From NCBI GenBank assembly GCA_044868695.1, contig JBIOWP010000029.1:1-37058 (forward strand): a stretch of 37,058 nt of DNA. Direction: 5' to 3'. The notes under the pieces are model-generated. The model was not told the origin of the DNA and did no database searches. It worked only from the letters and a program-made list of their open reading frames with translations. The stretch comes from a bacterium. GTDB taxonomy: Bacteria > Sysuimicrobiota > Sysuimicrobiia > Sysuimicrobiales > Kaftiobacteriaceae. Position numbers and translations under genes: made by a program. This document shows, one piece after another, positions 17,248 through 25,430 of this stretch; the stretch's first letter is position 1, and every line of letters begins with the position of its first letter.

Positions 17248-18813
17248 ATGAGGAATCTCGCACTTGCTGTTGCAGCAACCCTCGTGCTCGCGGTTGTCTC
17301 CCCCGTCTTTGCTCAGCCGTTTGCCGACGTCCCGACCGACCACTGGGCGTTTGACGCGATCGCTGAGCTCGCCGCGAAGGGCATCATCGAAGGCTTTCCG
17401 GATGGTACCTTCAAGGGCGATCGGGGAGTCACGCGATACGAGGTGGCCATGATCGTCGCCAGAATCCTGGCTCGCATCGAGGCCATCAAGATTCCCGGAC
17501 CCGCGCCGGCACCTGCGGCTCCCGCGCCGCAAGTCACCCGCGCGGACGTCCAGACCATCCAGCGGCTCGTCAACGAGTTCCGCGCAGAGCTGGCGGCCCT
17601 CGGTGTTCGGGTCACGGCGGTTGAGGAAGAGCTGACCGCTTTGAAGGGGACGAAGGACAACGTCGCCGTTAAGGGCGACGTCCGCCTCCGGTACAACGTC
17701 TTTCCGGGAGGCAGCGTCGGGGATACCGCACCGTCGATCCGCTACCGCAACCGGATGACCTTCACCGGTAAGGCGGGCAGCAACGTGACGGCCGTCGCGC
17801 GGGCATCGTTTGGCGGCGGCGGCGGCGGTCTTCCTGGAGGCACCGGCCCTGCTGGTCAGCGGGCCTTCAGGTTCGACTTCGACCTCCGCAGTCCGGAGTT
17901 CATGCAGACCGTCAACTTCGACTATGCCTATCTCGACCTGGCCGGCGTATTCGGACTGAACTGGCGGCTCGGGCAGCAGGCATACACGCTGTCCGGTGTC
18001 GGCTGGTCGGGGTACGGTCTGCTGTTTGACCCGTCCAACTCAGACATCTTCTCGCCTGTGGGTGTGGCGGACGGCTTGAAGGCGTCCGGCAGCTGGGGCG
18101 GCTTCAGCTTCGACATCGCAGACTGGCGCGAGTCGAACGGGCTCGACATTTGGACCGCTCGCGTCGAAACCGGCATGCTGGCCGGCTGGAACCTGGGCGT
18201 GTCGGCCCTGATGCAGCGCCGCAACGGTCAGGGCGCTCCATCCAGCATCACCACCGCGGCCGGCGACACGCCGACATCGGTGACCGGCGCCGTGAACACG
18301 TCGGACACCGGATATCAGGTGGACCTGGCGGGCGACCTGTTCCCCGGGTTCAGCGTCGGCGCAGCCTACGCCAGCTTCAATCCCGACGTAAGCGCTGGGA
18401 CGAGTTCCAACGCGTACATCGTCTGGATAGGCTGGGATCTGGGCGCAATGATGGGTGGTCTGTCTCCAGCCCTTACCTTGTGGTATAAGGACTACGGCTC
18501 GGCGACCGCCGGCGCGGGCGTTCCGTTCCACGGCGGCGCGACGACCGAGATCGGGGACTGGGACTACCTGGACTGGAACTTCACCGGATATGGCGCGGCG
18601 CTCGATCTAAAGTTCAGTCCATCGCTCTCTGGGACGATTTCCTATGAGCAAGGCGACCAGAAGGTCGGTGGCGCTGATGTCGTCGAGTACTACGCGTCGA
18701 TCGCCTACGCGCTCGCGGCGAATACGTCGGTGAGCCTCAACTACTTCAAGACGCAGCTCGCCGGCGTGGACACGCTCGACTTCTACCGCGTTCAGCTGAC
18801 CTACTCGTACTAG
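17248..18813 (+). CDS. SLH-domain outer-membrane porin/tether (OmpM/SlpA type)
   Basis: Signal peptide VFA-Q; SLH motif FADVPTDHWAFDAIAELAAKGIIEGFPDGTFKGDRGVTRYEVA; coiled coil LVNEFRAELAALGVRV; beta-barrel ending FYRVQLTYSY. Confidence 0.92.
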   Translation: MRNLALAVAATLVLAVVSPVFAQPFADVPTDHWAFDAIAELAAKGIIEGFPDGTFKGDRGVTRYEVAMIVARILARIEAIKIPGPAPAPAAPAPQVTRADVQTIQRLVNEFRAELAALGVRVTAVEEELTALKGTKDNVAVKGDVRLRYNVFPGGSVGDTAPSIRYRNRMTFTGKAGSNVTAVARASFGGGGGGLPGGTGPAGQRAFRFDFDLRSPEFMQTVNFDYAYLDLAGVFGLNWRLGQQAYTLSGVGWSGYGLLFDPSNSDIFSPVGVADGLKASGSWGGFSFDIADWRESNGLDIWTARVETGMLAGWNLGVSALMQRRNGQGAPSSITTAAGDTPTSVTGAVNTSDTGYQVDLAGDLFPGFSVGAAYASFNPDVSAGTSSNAYIVWIGWDLGAMMGGLSPALTLWYKDYGSATAGAGVPFHGGATTEIGDWDYLDWNFTGYGAALDLKFSPSLSGTISYEQGDQKVGGADVVEYYASIAYALAANTSVSLNYFKTQLAGVDTLDFYRVQLTYSY

Positions 18814-18830
18814 GGGTCAGTGTTCTATCG

Positions 18831-18871
18831 GGACTTCCCGGCCGGGAACCGGCCGGGAAGTCCTCTTTCTT
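18831..18871 (+). terminator. Rho-independent terminator
   Basis: GGACTTCCCGGCCGG-GAA-CCGGCCGGGAAGTCC is a perfect 15-bp stem, followed by TCTTTCTT. Confidence 0.88.
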
Positions 18872-18921
18872 CCCCGCTGAGAAACCCCTTATAATGAGGG
18901 CGGGGCGGATTCACGGAGGTC

Positions 18922-19191
18922 ATGATGCTGAAAGTCACCCTGCTGGTCGTTTTGGTCACGGCGTTCGCACAGGTGATTCCTTCCTGCGGGGGCGATCAGC
19001 CGACCGGCCAGGTTGGCGTCATCGGGTGGGTGGAGGCAAAGCGGGTGAACGCCTACGCCCGGTCCAACATCGTCGTGATCAACTCCGTCGAGTACGAGGT
19101 TCCTGGCTACTTCTGGTCACAGGTCGACGTGGGCGATCTGGTCAAGTGGGATGGGACGACGTGGACCATCGTGAAAAAGCGCGGCACCTAG
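18922..19191 (+). CDS. Small exported hypothetical protein, possibly a lipoprotein
   Basis: TATAAT at 18890-18895 and SD GGAGG at 18915-18919; hydrophobic N-terminus then Cys (PSCGG); short beta-rich domain. Confidence 0.65.
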   Translation: MMLKVTLLVVLVTAFAQVIPSCGGDQPTGQVGVIGWVEAKRVNAYARSNIVVINSVEYEVPGYFWSQVDVGDLVKWDGTTWTIVKKRGT

Positions 19192-19721
19192 TCGCCGCGA
19201 TCCTCACGGTCGCGGTCTCGACGCTCGGCCGGCCGGCTGCGGCGGTACAGCCCGTGGCAGCGGTCGTCGTCATCGTCCCGTTCGCCGATGAGGTAGGTAT
19301 GCGCCGGAACCTTGCCCGTCACGCCTCGGGCCGCCTGGCCGAGCTGCTCTCCCGGAAACGTGTGCAGGTCGTGGCCTTTGCCGACGCGGAGTCCGCCCTG
19401 CGGGAGGCCGGACTGCGGCCCGAAGACCTCTCCGGTCTGGGGGTCACTGAAACCTTCGGCCGCCGGCTTGGGGCGGACGCCGTGATCACCGGCCGGCTGG
19501 TTCGTGCCGAGACGGAGCCCGTGCGCCGGCTCGATGACCCGACCGAGCTCGGCCCACCCGAGTCGACGGTCACCCTCGCCTTTCGACTGACGGTCGTGGC
19601 CACGCGCCAAGTGTATTTCTCAGAAGTCACGGGTTATGGCGTCGGTCGGCTCACCGGGATGGTCAGGGCTGCGGACCACGCCGTGGCGGATTACGTGAAT
19701 CGCTGGTCGCTGTCCCCCTAA
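19161..19721 (+). CDS. Exported hypothetical protein, possibly CsgG/TolB-N-like fold
   Basis: Signal-like segment, VVIVPFAD, 'GRRLGADAVITGRL' and 'RLTVVATRQV' patterns; GTG 19161 start inferred. Confidence 0.55.
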   Translation: MDHREKARHLVAAILTVAVSTLGRPAAAVQPVAAVVVIVPFADEVGMRRNLARHASGRLAELLSRKRVQVVAFADAESALREAGLRPEDLSGLGVTETFGRRLGADAVITGRLVRAETEPVRRLDDPTELGPPESTVTLAFRLTVVATRQVYFSEVTGYGVGRLTGMVRAADHAVADYVNRWSLSP

Positions 19722-19755
19722 GTAGAAAGGAGCAGGGGATGTTCACCCTGCTCCT
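19720..19755 (-). terminator. Terminator between convergent genes
   Basis: AGGAGCAGGG-GATGTTCA-CCCTGCTCCT 10-bp stem; T-rich tail on the minus strand. Confidence 0.7.
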
Positions 19756-19778
19756 CGTAGATCTGACAGATCGGGTGC

Positions 19779-20312
19779 CTAGTAGCTCATTGTGACGCCA
19801 AGGTAGAGCGAGGACGTTCCGCCAGAACCCGTCAGGCCCACCACACCCCCCACGCGGCTCGAGAATATGTACTGGGCGCCGACGTCAAACGACGTCACGC
19901 TGGCTCCGCCTGAGGACACCAGGTTGACGCCGACATACCCGTTCCACTGGGGCGCCAGCCGTGCCACGGCGCCGCCTCCGACGAAGAATCCCGTCGTGGC
20001 GCCGGCGAAGCGCACGCCCGCGCCGACGTAAGGCGCAAGCCCTGCGGGTCTTGCTGGGAACCAGTACCGGGCGCCGAGGTCGACCTGACTCGTGCCTCCC
20101 GAACTGGTGTAGTTGAGCGTCCCGTCGAGAATGAAGCTGAACGGGTACGTGGCCCCAAAGGACAGGGCCGTGGTCCCGCCCGACGAGTAGAAGAGCAGGT
20201 CAAGCGACCTCCCGCGCTGGGCCGGGGTTTGCGCCGACGCAGGCATGGGAGACCACAGACTCGGAGCAACGGCAAGAGCACACACGAGGGCAATGGCTGA
20301 CAGTCGCTTCAT
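19779..20312 (-). CDS. Small outer-membrane beta-barrel protein
   Basis: SD GGAGGAGG; signal peptide MKRLSAIALVCAL...ASA; amphipathic strands (PYVGAGV, FDVGAQY); C-terminal LYLGVTMSY. Confidence 0.8.
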   Translation of the reverse strand: MKRLSAIALVCALAVAPSLWSPMPASAQTPAQRGRSLDLLFYSSGGTTALSFGATYPFSFILDGTLNYTSSGGTSQVDLGARYWFPARPAGLAPYVGAGVRFAGATTGFFVGGGAVARLAPQWNGYVGVNLVSSGGASVTSFDVGAQYIFSSRVGGVVGLTGSGGTSSLYLGVTMSY

Positions 20313-20413
20313 TGAGGTGCTCCCTCCTCCAGGGTAGGATTGAGCATGCATGAGTACAAATGCCCTCTTCGGGCCAGGGATTAGACGGCTGCCGCCGGTC
20401 TCCTCTCCCCCTC

Positions 20414-20442
20414 TTTCCTTTTTGTCCGAGATATGCTAGATT
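20414..20442 (+). promoter_or_regulatory. Putative extended -10 promoter of the pyr operon
   Basis: TGcTAGATT at 20434-20442, with TTTCCT 17 nt upstream of the -10; lies just before the PyrR site. Confidence 0.45.
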
Positions 20443-20457
20443 TTCTGTGAAGCAGAT

Positions 20458-20488
20458 CCTTTAAGCCGGCCCCGTGAGGCCGGAAAGG
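20458..20488 (+). promoter_or_regulatory. PyrR-binding RNA stem-loop (anti-antiterminator)
   Basis: CCTTTAAGCCGGCCCCGTGAGGCCGGAAAGG matches the PyrR binding-loop pattern (CCUUUAA...GnGAGG...AAGG) directly upstream of pyrB. Confidence 0.85.
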
Positions 20489-20495
20489 CCATGCA

Positions 20496-20609
20496 CAAGG
20501 GAAAAAGGAAGAGGGAAGATGGAAGAGGGCAGGGGAGATTGCTCCTCTGCCGTTTGTGTTTTCTCCCTCTCCCTCTTCCTTCTTCCTTCTTCCCTCGTCC
20601 TTTTTCCCT
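20496..20609. repeat. Heptamer (GGAAGAG/CTCTTCC) inverted-repeat hairpin within the pyr leader
   Basis: Purine arm 20496-20529; pyrimidine arm 20562-20609 ending 1 nt before SD GGAGG (20611-20615). Confidence 0.9.
20528..20562 (+). terminator. Attenuator terminator of the pyr leader
   Basis: GGCAGGGGAG-ATTG-CTCCTCTGCC followed by GTTTGTGTTTT. Confidence 0.75.
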
Positions 20610-20621
20610 CGGAGGCGTGTG

Positions 20622-21596
20622 ATGCGCCGCCACCTGCTGGGCCTGCGCGAATTCGACGCCGGTCAGCTGCTCCAGCTCCTGGACCTGGCGGACCGTTGCG
20701 AACGGGGCGCCCCGGCGGGCGCGCTCGAAGGCCGGACGGTCGTTACCCTCTTCTACGAACCCAGCACCCGCACGGAGATCTCCTTCGAGCTGGCAGCCAA
20801 GCGGCTCGGCGCTGCCGTCATCCGTTGCGATGTCGACCGCAGCAGCGTGAAGAAGGGGGAGAGGTTCGTCGACACCGTTCAGACGCTGGAGGCGCTGGGC
20901 GCGGACGTGGTGGTGATCCGGCACCCCTCGGCCGGCGCGGCGCACCTGGCGAGCCGCTGGGTGCGCAGCGCGATCGTGAACGCGGGCGACGGCATGCATG
21001 AGCATCCCACCCAGGGCCTGGTCGACCTGCTCACCGTCCGCCAGCGCGCCGGACGCATCGCGGGCCTGCGGGTGGCGATCGTGGGCGATGTCATCCATTC
21101 CCGCGTGGCGCGCTCCGCCCTGTGGGGCTTCACCATGCTGGGGGCCGCTGTCACTCTGGTTGGTCCGTCGACGCTGCTTCCTTCTTCCTTCTTCCCTTTT
21201 CCTTTGTCGGTGGCAATGACGTCGTCGCTTGAGGAAGGTCTCGAAGGCGCCGACGTTGTGATCGCGCTGCGGATGCAGCTGGAGCGCCAGCAGCACGGCC
21301 ACGTGCCGTCGTTGGGCGAGTATGCGCGGATGTACGCGATCACGCCGCAGACGCTGGCGCTGGCGCGGCCCGGCGCGCTGTTGATGCACCCCGGCCCGAT
21401 GAACCTCGGCGTGGAACTGTCGGCGGATGCTGCGTACGGACTGCAGTCCACCGTCCACCAGCAGGTCCACAACGGCGTGGCGGTGCGGATGGCGGTACTG
21501 CTGTGGTGCCTGGGACTCGATAAGATTTCGGAAACGGGGAACGCGGGAACGCGGGAACGCGAAACTGTCCCGGCAATGATCGGGGACAAGGAATAG
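20622..21596 (+). CDS. pyrB: Aspartate carbamoyltransferase catalytic subunit
   Basis: FYEPSTRT, SSVKKGE, NAGDGMHEHPTQ, HSRVARS, RMQLER and MHPGP; SD GGAGG 6 nt before ATG 20622. Confidence 0.95.
   Translation: MRRHLLGLREFDAGQLLQLLDLADRCERGAPAGALEGRTVVTLFYEPSTRTEISFELAAKRLGAAVIRCDVDRSSVKKGERFVDTVQTLEALGADVVVIRHPSAGAAHLASRWVRSAIVNAGDGMHEHPTQGLVDLLTVRQRAGRIAGLRVAIVGDVIHSRVARSALWGFTMLGAAVTLVGPSTLLPSSFFPFPLSVAMTSSLEEGLEGADVVIALRMQLERQQHGHVPSLGEYARMYAITPQTLALARPGALLMHPGPMNLGVELSADAAYGLQSTVHQQVHNGVAVRMAVLLWCLGLDKISETGNAGTRERETVPAMIGDKE
21177..21206. repeat. Pyrimidine heptamer arm embedded in the pyrB coding sequence
   Basis: CTTCCTT CTTCCTT CTTCCCT TTTCCTT TG, encoding LPSSFFPFPL. Confidence 0.8.
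21530..21565. repeat. Octamer tandem repeat GGAACGCG x3 in the pyrB 3' end
   Basis: GGAAACGG GGAACGCG GGAACGCG GGAACGCG AAAC. Confidence 0.8.
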
Positions 21597-21598
21597 TC

Positions 21599-22930
21599 AT
21601 GGGTCTGCTGATCCGCGGAGGGCGCGTCGTCGACCCGGCCGGCGGGGGTGAGCGGGCCGCCGACGTGTTGCTCGAGGGCGAGCGCATCGCCGCCGTCGGG
21701 CCGGCACTCGCTCCCGCTGGGCATCAGGTGCTCGACGCGCAGGGCCTCGTCGTCGCGCCGGGATTGGTCGACATGCACGTCCACCTGCGCGATCCGGGGC
21801 AGACGCACAAGGAAGATATCGTCTCGGGCACCGCCGCGGCCGTGCGGGGCGGGTTCACGGCGGTCGCCTGCATGCCGAATACCGCACCGCCCCTCGATCA
21901 TCCCACGGTCATTGAGTACGTCCTCAGCCGCTCGGCGAAGACCGGGGCGTGCCGCGTCCATCCCATTGGGACCATCACCAAAGGCCGGGCTGGGCAAGAA
22001 TTGGCCCCGATCGCCGGCCTGGCGGCGGCCGGAGCGGTGGCGCTCTCTGACGACGGCGACGCCGTGGCCGATGCGGGTCTGCTGGGTCGGGCGATGCGGT
22101 ATGCCCGGCAGTTCAACCTCCCGCTGATCGAACACTGCGAAGATCGCGCCCTCAGCGACGGAGGCGTGATGCACGACGGTGGATGGTCCGCGATCCTGGG
22201 GCTCCGGGGAATCCCCTCGTCGAGCGAGGAGGTCGTCGTCGCCCGGGACCTCCTGCTGGCGGAAGCCACGGGTGCCCGGTTGCACATCGCGCACGTCAGC
22301 AGCGCCGGCAGCGTGCGGCTGATCCGTGAGGCTCGGCGGAGAGGCGTCCGGGTCACCGCCGAAGTCACCCCGCACCACCTCCTGCTCACCGAAGAGGCCG
22401 TGCGCGGGTTTGACACGAACGCCAAAATGAACCCGCCGCTGCGCGCGGCCGCTGACCGCTCGGCGCTGCTCGAAGGGCTCGCGGACGGGACGATCGACGT
22501 CATCGCGACCGACCACGCGCCCCACGCGCCTGAAGACAAACTCGTGGAGTTTGACCAGGCGCCGTTTGGTGTCGTCGGCCTGGAAACGGCGCTGGCTCTC
22601 GTGCTGACCCACCTGGTGCGTCCCGGCGTGCTGCCCTTGGCGGAGGCCCTGCGCCGCATGAGCACCCTTCCGGCGGACATCCTTGGGCTTCCCGGCGGCC
22701 GGCTGGAACCCGGTGCGCCCGCGGATGTGGTGCTGATCGATCCGGACCGCGCCTGGACTGCGGATCCGGCCTCCTTTGCGTCAAAGTCCCGCAACACCCC
22801 GTTCGCCGGATGGCCGCTGGTGGGGCAGCCGGTGCTGACGATCGTCGCGGGGGAGATCAAGTACGACGAACGTACGGGCACCGGGCACCGGGCGCCGGAT
22901 TTCGCCGGCGAGGAAGTGCGCGCCAGATGA
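21599..22930 (+). CDS. pyrC: Dihydroorotase (multifunctional-complex type)
   Basis: DMHVHLRDPG, CMPNT, EHCED, HIAHVS, KMNPPLR, IATDHAPH and SKSRNTPF. Confidence 0.95.
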   Translation: MGLLIRGGRVVDPAGGGERAADVLLEGERIAAVGPALAPAGHQVLDAQGLVVAPGLVDMHVHLRDPGQTHKEDIVSGTAAAVRGGFTAVACMPNTAPPLDHPTVIEYVLSRSAKTGACRVHPIGTITKGRAGQELAPIAGLAAAGAVALSDDGDAVADAGLLGRAMRYARQFNLPLIEHCEDRALSDGGVMHDGGWSAILGLRGIPSSSEEVVVARDLLLAEATGARLHIAHVSSAGSVRLIREARRRGVRVTAEVTPHHLLLTEEAVRGFDTNAKMNPPLRAAADRSALLEGLADGTIDVIATDHAPHAPEDKLVEFDQAPFGVVGLETALALVLTHLVRPGVLPLAEALRRMSTLPADILGLPGGRLEPGAPADVVLIDPDRAWTADPASFASKSRNTPFAGWPLVGQPVLTIVAGEIKYDERTGTGHRAPDFAGEEVRAR

Positions 22931-22988
22931 CGCAGAGCGCGTCACAGGGTGTGGTCCCGCGGAGCCCGGAGCCCGAGGCCCGGAGCCC
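22875..22988. repeat. Heptamer inverted-repeat pair spanning the pyrC/pyrD ATGA overlap
   Basis: CGGGCAC CGGGCAC CGGGCGC CGG at 22875-22898; CGGAGCC CGGAGCC CGAGGCC CGGAGCC C at 22960-22988. Confidence 0.78.
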
Positions 22989-23904
22989 ATCACTGGCCGT
23001 CGACATCGCGGGGATCGCGCTGGCGCATCCCATCCTCGCGGCGCCCGGGCCGCTGGGGTTCGGGAGGGAAGTGCAGGCCACCGTCGACCTCCGGGCCTTC
23101 GCGGCGTTCATCACTAAGTCGGTGACGCTGCACCCGCGTGAAGGCCACCCGTATCCCCAGGTGGTGCAGACCGACGGAGGATGGCTGAATGCTCTGGGCC
23201 TCCCCAACCACGGCCTCGCAGGATTTGTCACCAAAGACCTGCCGTTCCTCCGCACCCTGGGGACGCCGATCATCGTCAGCATTGCCGGCGAGACCGTCGA
23301 AGAGTTCGTCACCGTGGCGGAGTGGCTGGGTCAGGAAGACGGGGTAGCGGCGGTGGAGCTCAACGTGTCCTGCCCCAACGTGGACCGCGGACTGATCTTC
23401 GGCGCCGACCCGTCCCAGACACGCGAGCTGGTGGCGGCGGTCCGGGCGGTGTGCCCGCGGCCGCTGTTCGTCAAGCTGACGCCCAACGTGACCGACGTCG
23501 TCCCCATCGCCAGGGCGGCACAGGACGGCGGTGCGGATGCCGTGTCGCTGATCAACACGCTGGCCGGGCTGGCCATTGACGTCCACACCCGCCGGCCGAA
23601 GCTCGGAGGCGTCACCGGAGGCCTGTCGGGTCCGGCGATCCGGCCAGTCGCGGTGCGGATGGTCTGGGAAGTCGTGCGGCACTGCCATCTCCCGGTGATC
23701 GGAATGGGCGGCATCGCCACGGCGGAGGATGCGCTGGAGTTCCTGCTGGCCGGTGCCAGGGCGGTGGCCATCGGGTCCGCGGTCATCGACCGTCCCGGCG
23801 CCGCCGCAGAGATCACAGAAGGCCTGGTCCAGTATCTGCAGCGTCACCAGATGCATGGGATCGGCGACGTCATCGGCGCTCTTCAGGTGGAGGGGAGGAC
23901 ATAG
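22927..23904 (+). CDS. pyrD: Dihydroorotate dehydrogenase catalytic subunit, family 1 (1B-like)
   Basis: ELNVSCPNV, VKLTPNVTD, LINT, GGLSGPAIRPVAVRMV and IGMGGI; ATGA overlap with pyrC. Confidence 0.92.
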   Translation: MTQSASQGVVPRSPEPEARSPSLAVDIAGIALAHPILAAPGPLGFGREVQATVDLRAFAAFITKSVTLHPREGHPYPQVVQTDGGWLNALGLPNHGLAGFVTKDLPFLRTLGTPIIVSIAGETVEEFVTVAEWLGQEDGVAAVELNVSCPNVDRGLIFGADPSQTRELVAAVRAVCPRPLFVKLTPNVTDVVPIARAAQDGGADAVSLINTLAGLAIDVHTRRPKLGGVTGGLSGPAIRPVAVRMVWEVVRHCHLPVIGMGGIATAEDALEFLLAGARAVAIGSAVIDRPGAAAEITEGLVQYLQRHQMHGIGDVIGALQVEGRT

Positions 23905-24663
23905 GTGCGCACACAGACGCGCGTGACCCGGTCTTCACGGTCTGCATCTTCGGCCGCCGACCGGCTGATCGTCGCGCTGGACGTTCCGACGCTCCAGGAG
24001 GCTACCCGGGTGGTCCAGCGAGTTCGGGAGGTGGCCCGCTGGTTCAAGGTAGGCTCCGAGCTCTTTACCGCCGCCGGCCCGTCGGCGGTTACGATGGTGC
24101 TGGAGCGCGGGGGGCAGGTCTTCCTCGACCTCAAGTATCACGACATTCCGCGTACCGTCGCGTCGGCTGTTGGCGCCGCGGTGCGCCTGGGAGTGGCGAT
24201 GCTGAACGTGCACGTGGCCGCGGGCGAGGAGGCGCTCCGGGCCGCGGTGGCCGCGCTTGCCGCGGGCCCGTCGAGCACCCGCCCGCGCCTGCTGGGCGTG
24301 ACGCGTCTGACGAGCGTCGAAGACCGGCCGGCGGTGACGGCCGAAGTCATCGATACGGCGGCCCGCGCCAAATGGTGCGGCCTCGACGGTGTGGTGGCGT
24401 CCGCGCGCGAGGCCGTGGCGATCAAGGCCGCCTGCGGTCCGGAGTTTGTGGTGGTGGCGCCCGGCATCAGACCCGGCGGCGTTGACGCCGGCGATCAGCG
24501 CCGTGTGGCTACGCCGGCCGAAGCCCTGCGCGCCGGGGCCAACTATCTCGTCATCGGCCGGCCGGTCGTGGCAGCAGTAGATCCAGGGGCCGCGATCCGC
24601 GCCATCCTGCAGGAGATGGACGCCGTGCTGCACCAGGAACCGCACGCGCGCGCCGGGAACTGA
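23905..24663 (+). CDS. pyrF: Orotidine-5'-phosphate decarboxylase
   Basis: LIVALD, FKVG, FLDLKYHDIPRTV, PGIRP, DQRRVATP and VIGRP. Confidence 0.96.
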   Translation: MRTQTRVTRSSRSASSAADRLIVALDVPTLQEATRVVQRVREVARWFKVGSELFTAAGPSAVTMVLERGGQVFLDLKYHDIPRTVASAVGAAVRLGVAMLNVHVAAGEEALRAAVAALAAGPSSTRPRLLGVTRLTSVEDRPAVTAEVIDTAARAKWCGLDGVVASAREAVAIKAACGPEFVVVAPGIRPGGVDAGDQRRVATPAEALRAGANYLVIGRPVVAAVDPGAAIRAILQEMDAVLHQEPHARAGN

Positions 24664-24691
24664 TACCTATTCCTCTGGTGGGGTGACGGCG

Positions 24692-25279
24692 ATGAACAGC
24701 ACTGAGATCATCGCCCTGCTCAAACACACGGGCGCGTTCCAGACCGGTCACTTCCTCCTCAGCTCCGGCATGCATAGTTCCCAGTACGTGCAGTGCGCGC
24801 TGCTCCTTCAGTTTCCAGACCATGCCGGCGCCGTCGGGAGCGCTCTGGCCCATCCGTTTCGCCCGTCCCGCCCGCAGGCGGTGATCGGTCCCGCCTACGG
24901 CGGCATGATTGTGGCACACGAGGTGGCCCGGGCCCTGGGTGTCCGCGCCGTCTTCGCCGAGCGCGTCGAAGGAAAGTTCGAACTTCGCCGCTCATTCACG
25001 ATTGCGCCCGGGGAACGCGTACTCATCGTCGAAGATGTCGTGACAACCGGCGCCGCAACGCGCGAGGTGAAGCGGCTGGTCGAGCGGCACGGTGGAGTCG
25101 CGGTCGGCATCGGCGCAATCGTCGACCGCAGCGCGGGCCCGCTCGGGTTTGACTGCCCCTTCGAGGCCCTGGCCGCGATCGAAGCCCCCACCTTCATCCC
25201 GTCGATGTGCGAGCTGTGCCGCGACGGCGTGCCGTTGGTGAAACCGGGCAGCCGCCTGTCCCCGGTCCTTGTTCGTTAG
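24692..25279 (+). CDS. pyrE: Orotate phosphoribosyltransferase
   Basis: GHFLLSSGMHS, the PRPP motif VLIVEDVVTTG, and C-terminal CELC...KPGSR. Alternative start GTG 24683. Confidence 0.95.
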   Translation: MNSTEIIALLKHTGAFQTGHFLLSSGMHSSQYVQCALLLQFPDHAGAVGSALAHPFRPSRPQAVIGPAYGGMIVAHEVARALGVRAVFAERVEGKFELRRSFTIAPGERVLIVEDVVTTGAATREVKRLVERHGGVAVGIGAIVDRSAGPLGFDCPFEALAAIEAPTFIPSMCELCRDGVPLVKPGSRLSPVLVR

Positions 25280-25373
25280 GTCTTCAATAGGGTTAGACCC
25301 TAACTAACACCGGCGGCAGTGCCCGCCACGCCAGAAACACGAACATTCGACGAGTCCAGCCGCCGAGCGTTCA

Positions 25374-25402
25374 TTGACACCGGTGGGGGTGCTCACTATA
25401 AT
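25374..25402 (+). promoter_or_regulatory. Consensus sigma70/sigmaA promoter of hpt-guaB-guaA
   Basis: TTGACA (25374-25379), 17-nt spacer, TATAAT (25397-25402). Confidence 0.88.
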
Positions 25403-25430
25403 GAACCCAAATTTCCGGGAGGGCGGGCGC

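Noticed and set aside
16931..17251. 106-aa ORF upstream of the SLH-porin
   Set aside because: Atypical codon usage and no motif; better explained as promoter plus 5' leader.
20399..20424. Pyrimidine tract as another repeat arm
   Set aside because: Periodicity is weak and it overlaps the putative -35 region upstream of the likely transcription start; not counted.
20556..20621. ORF-track N-terminal extension of PyrB (FSPSPSSFF...)
   Set aside because: It is translated repeat arm upstream of a clear GGAGG SD and ATG 20622.
25280..25370. Short hairpins between pyrE and hpt (TAGGGT/ACCCTA; GGCGG/CCGCC) as a terminator or purine riboswitch
   Set aside because: The stems are short with no U-tail, they lie upstream of the promoter, and no purine aptamer consensus is present.
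25374..25430. ORF-track N-terminal extension of Hpt
   Set aside because: The TTG 'start' is the -35 box of a consensus promoter; the SD supports GTG 25431.
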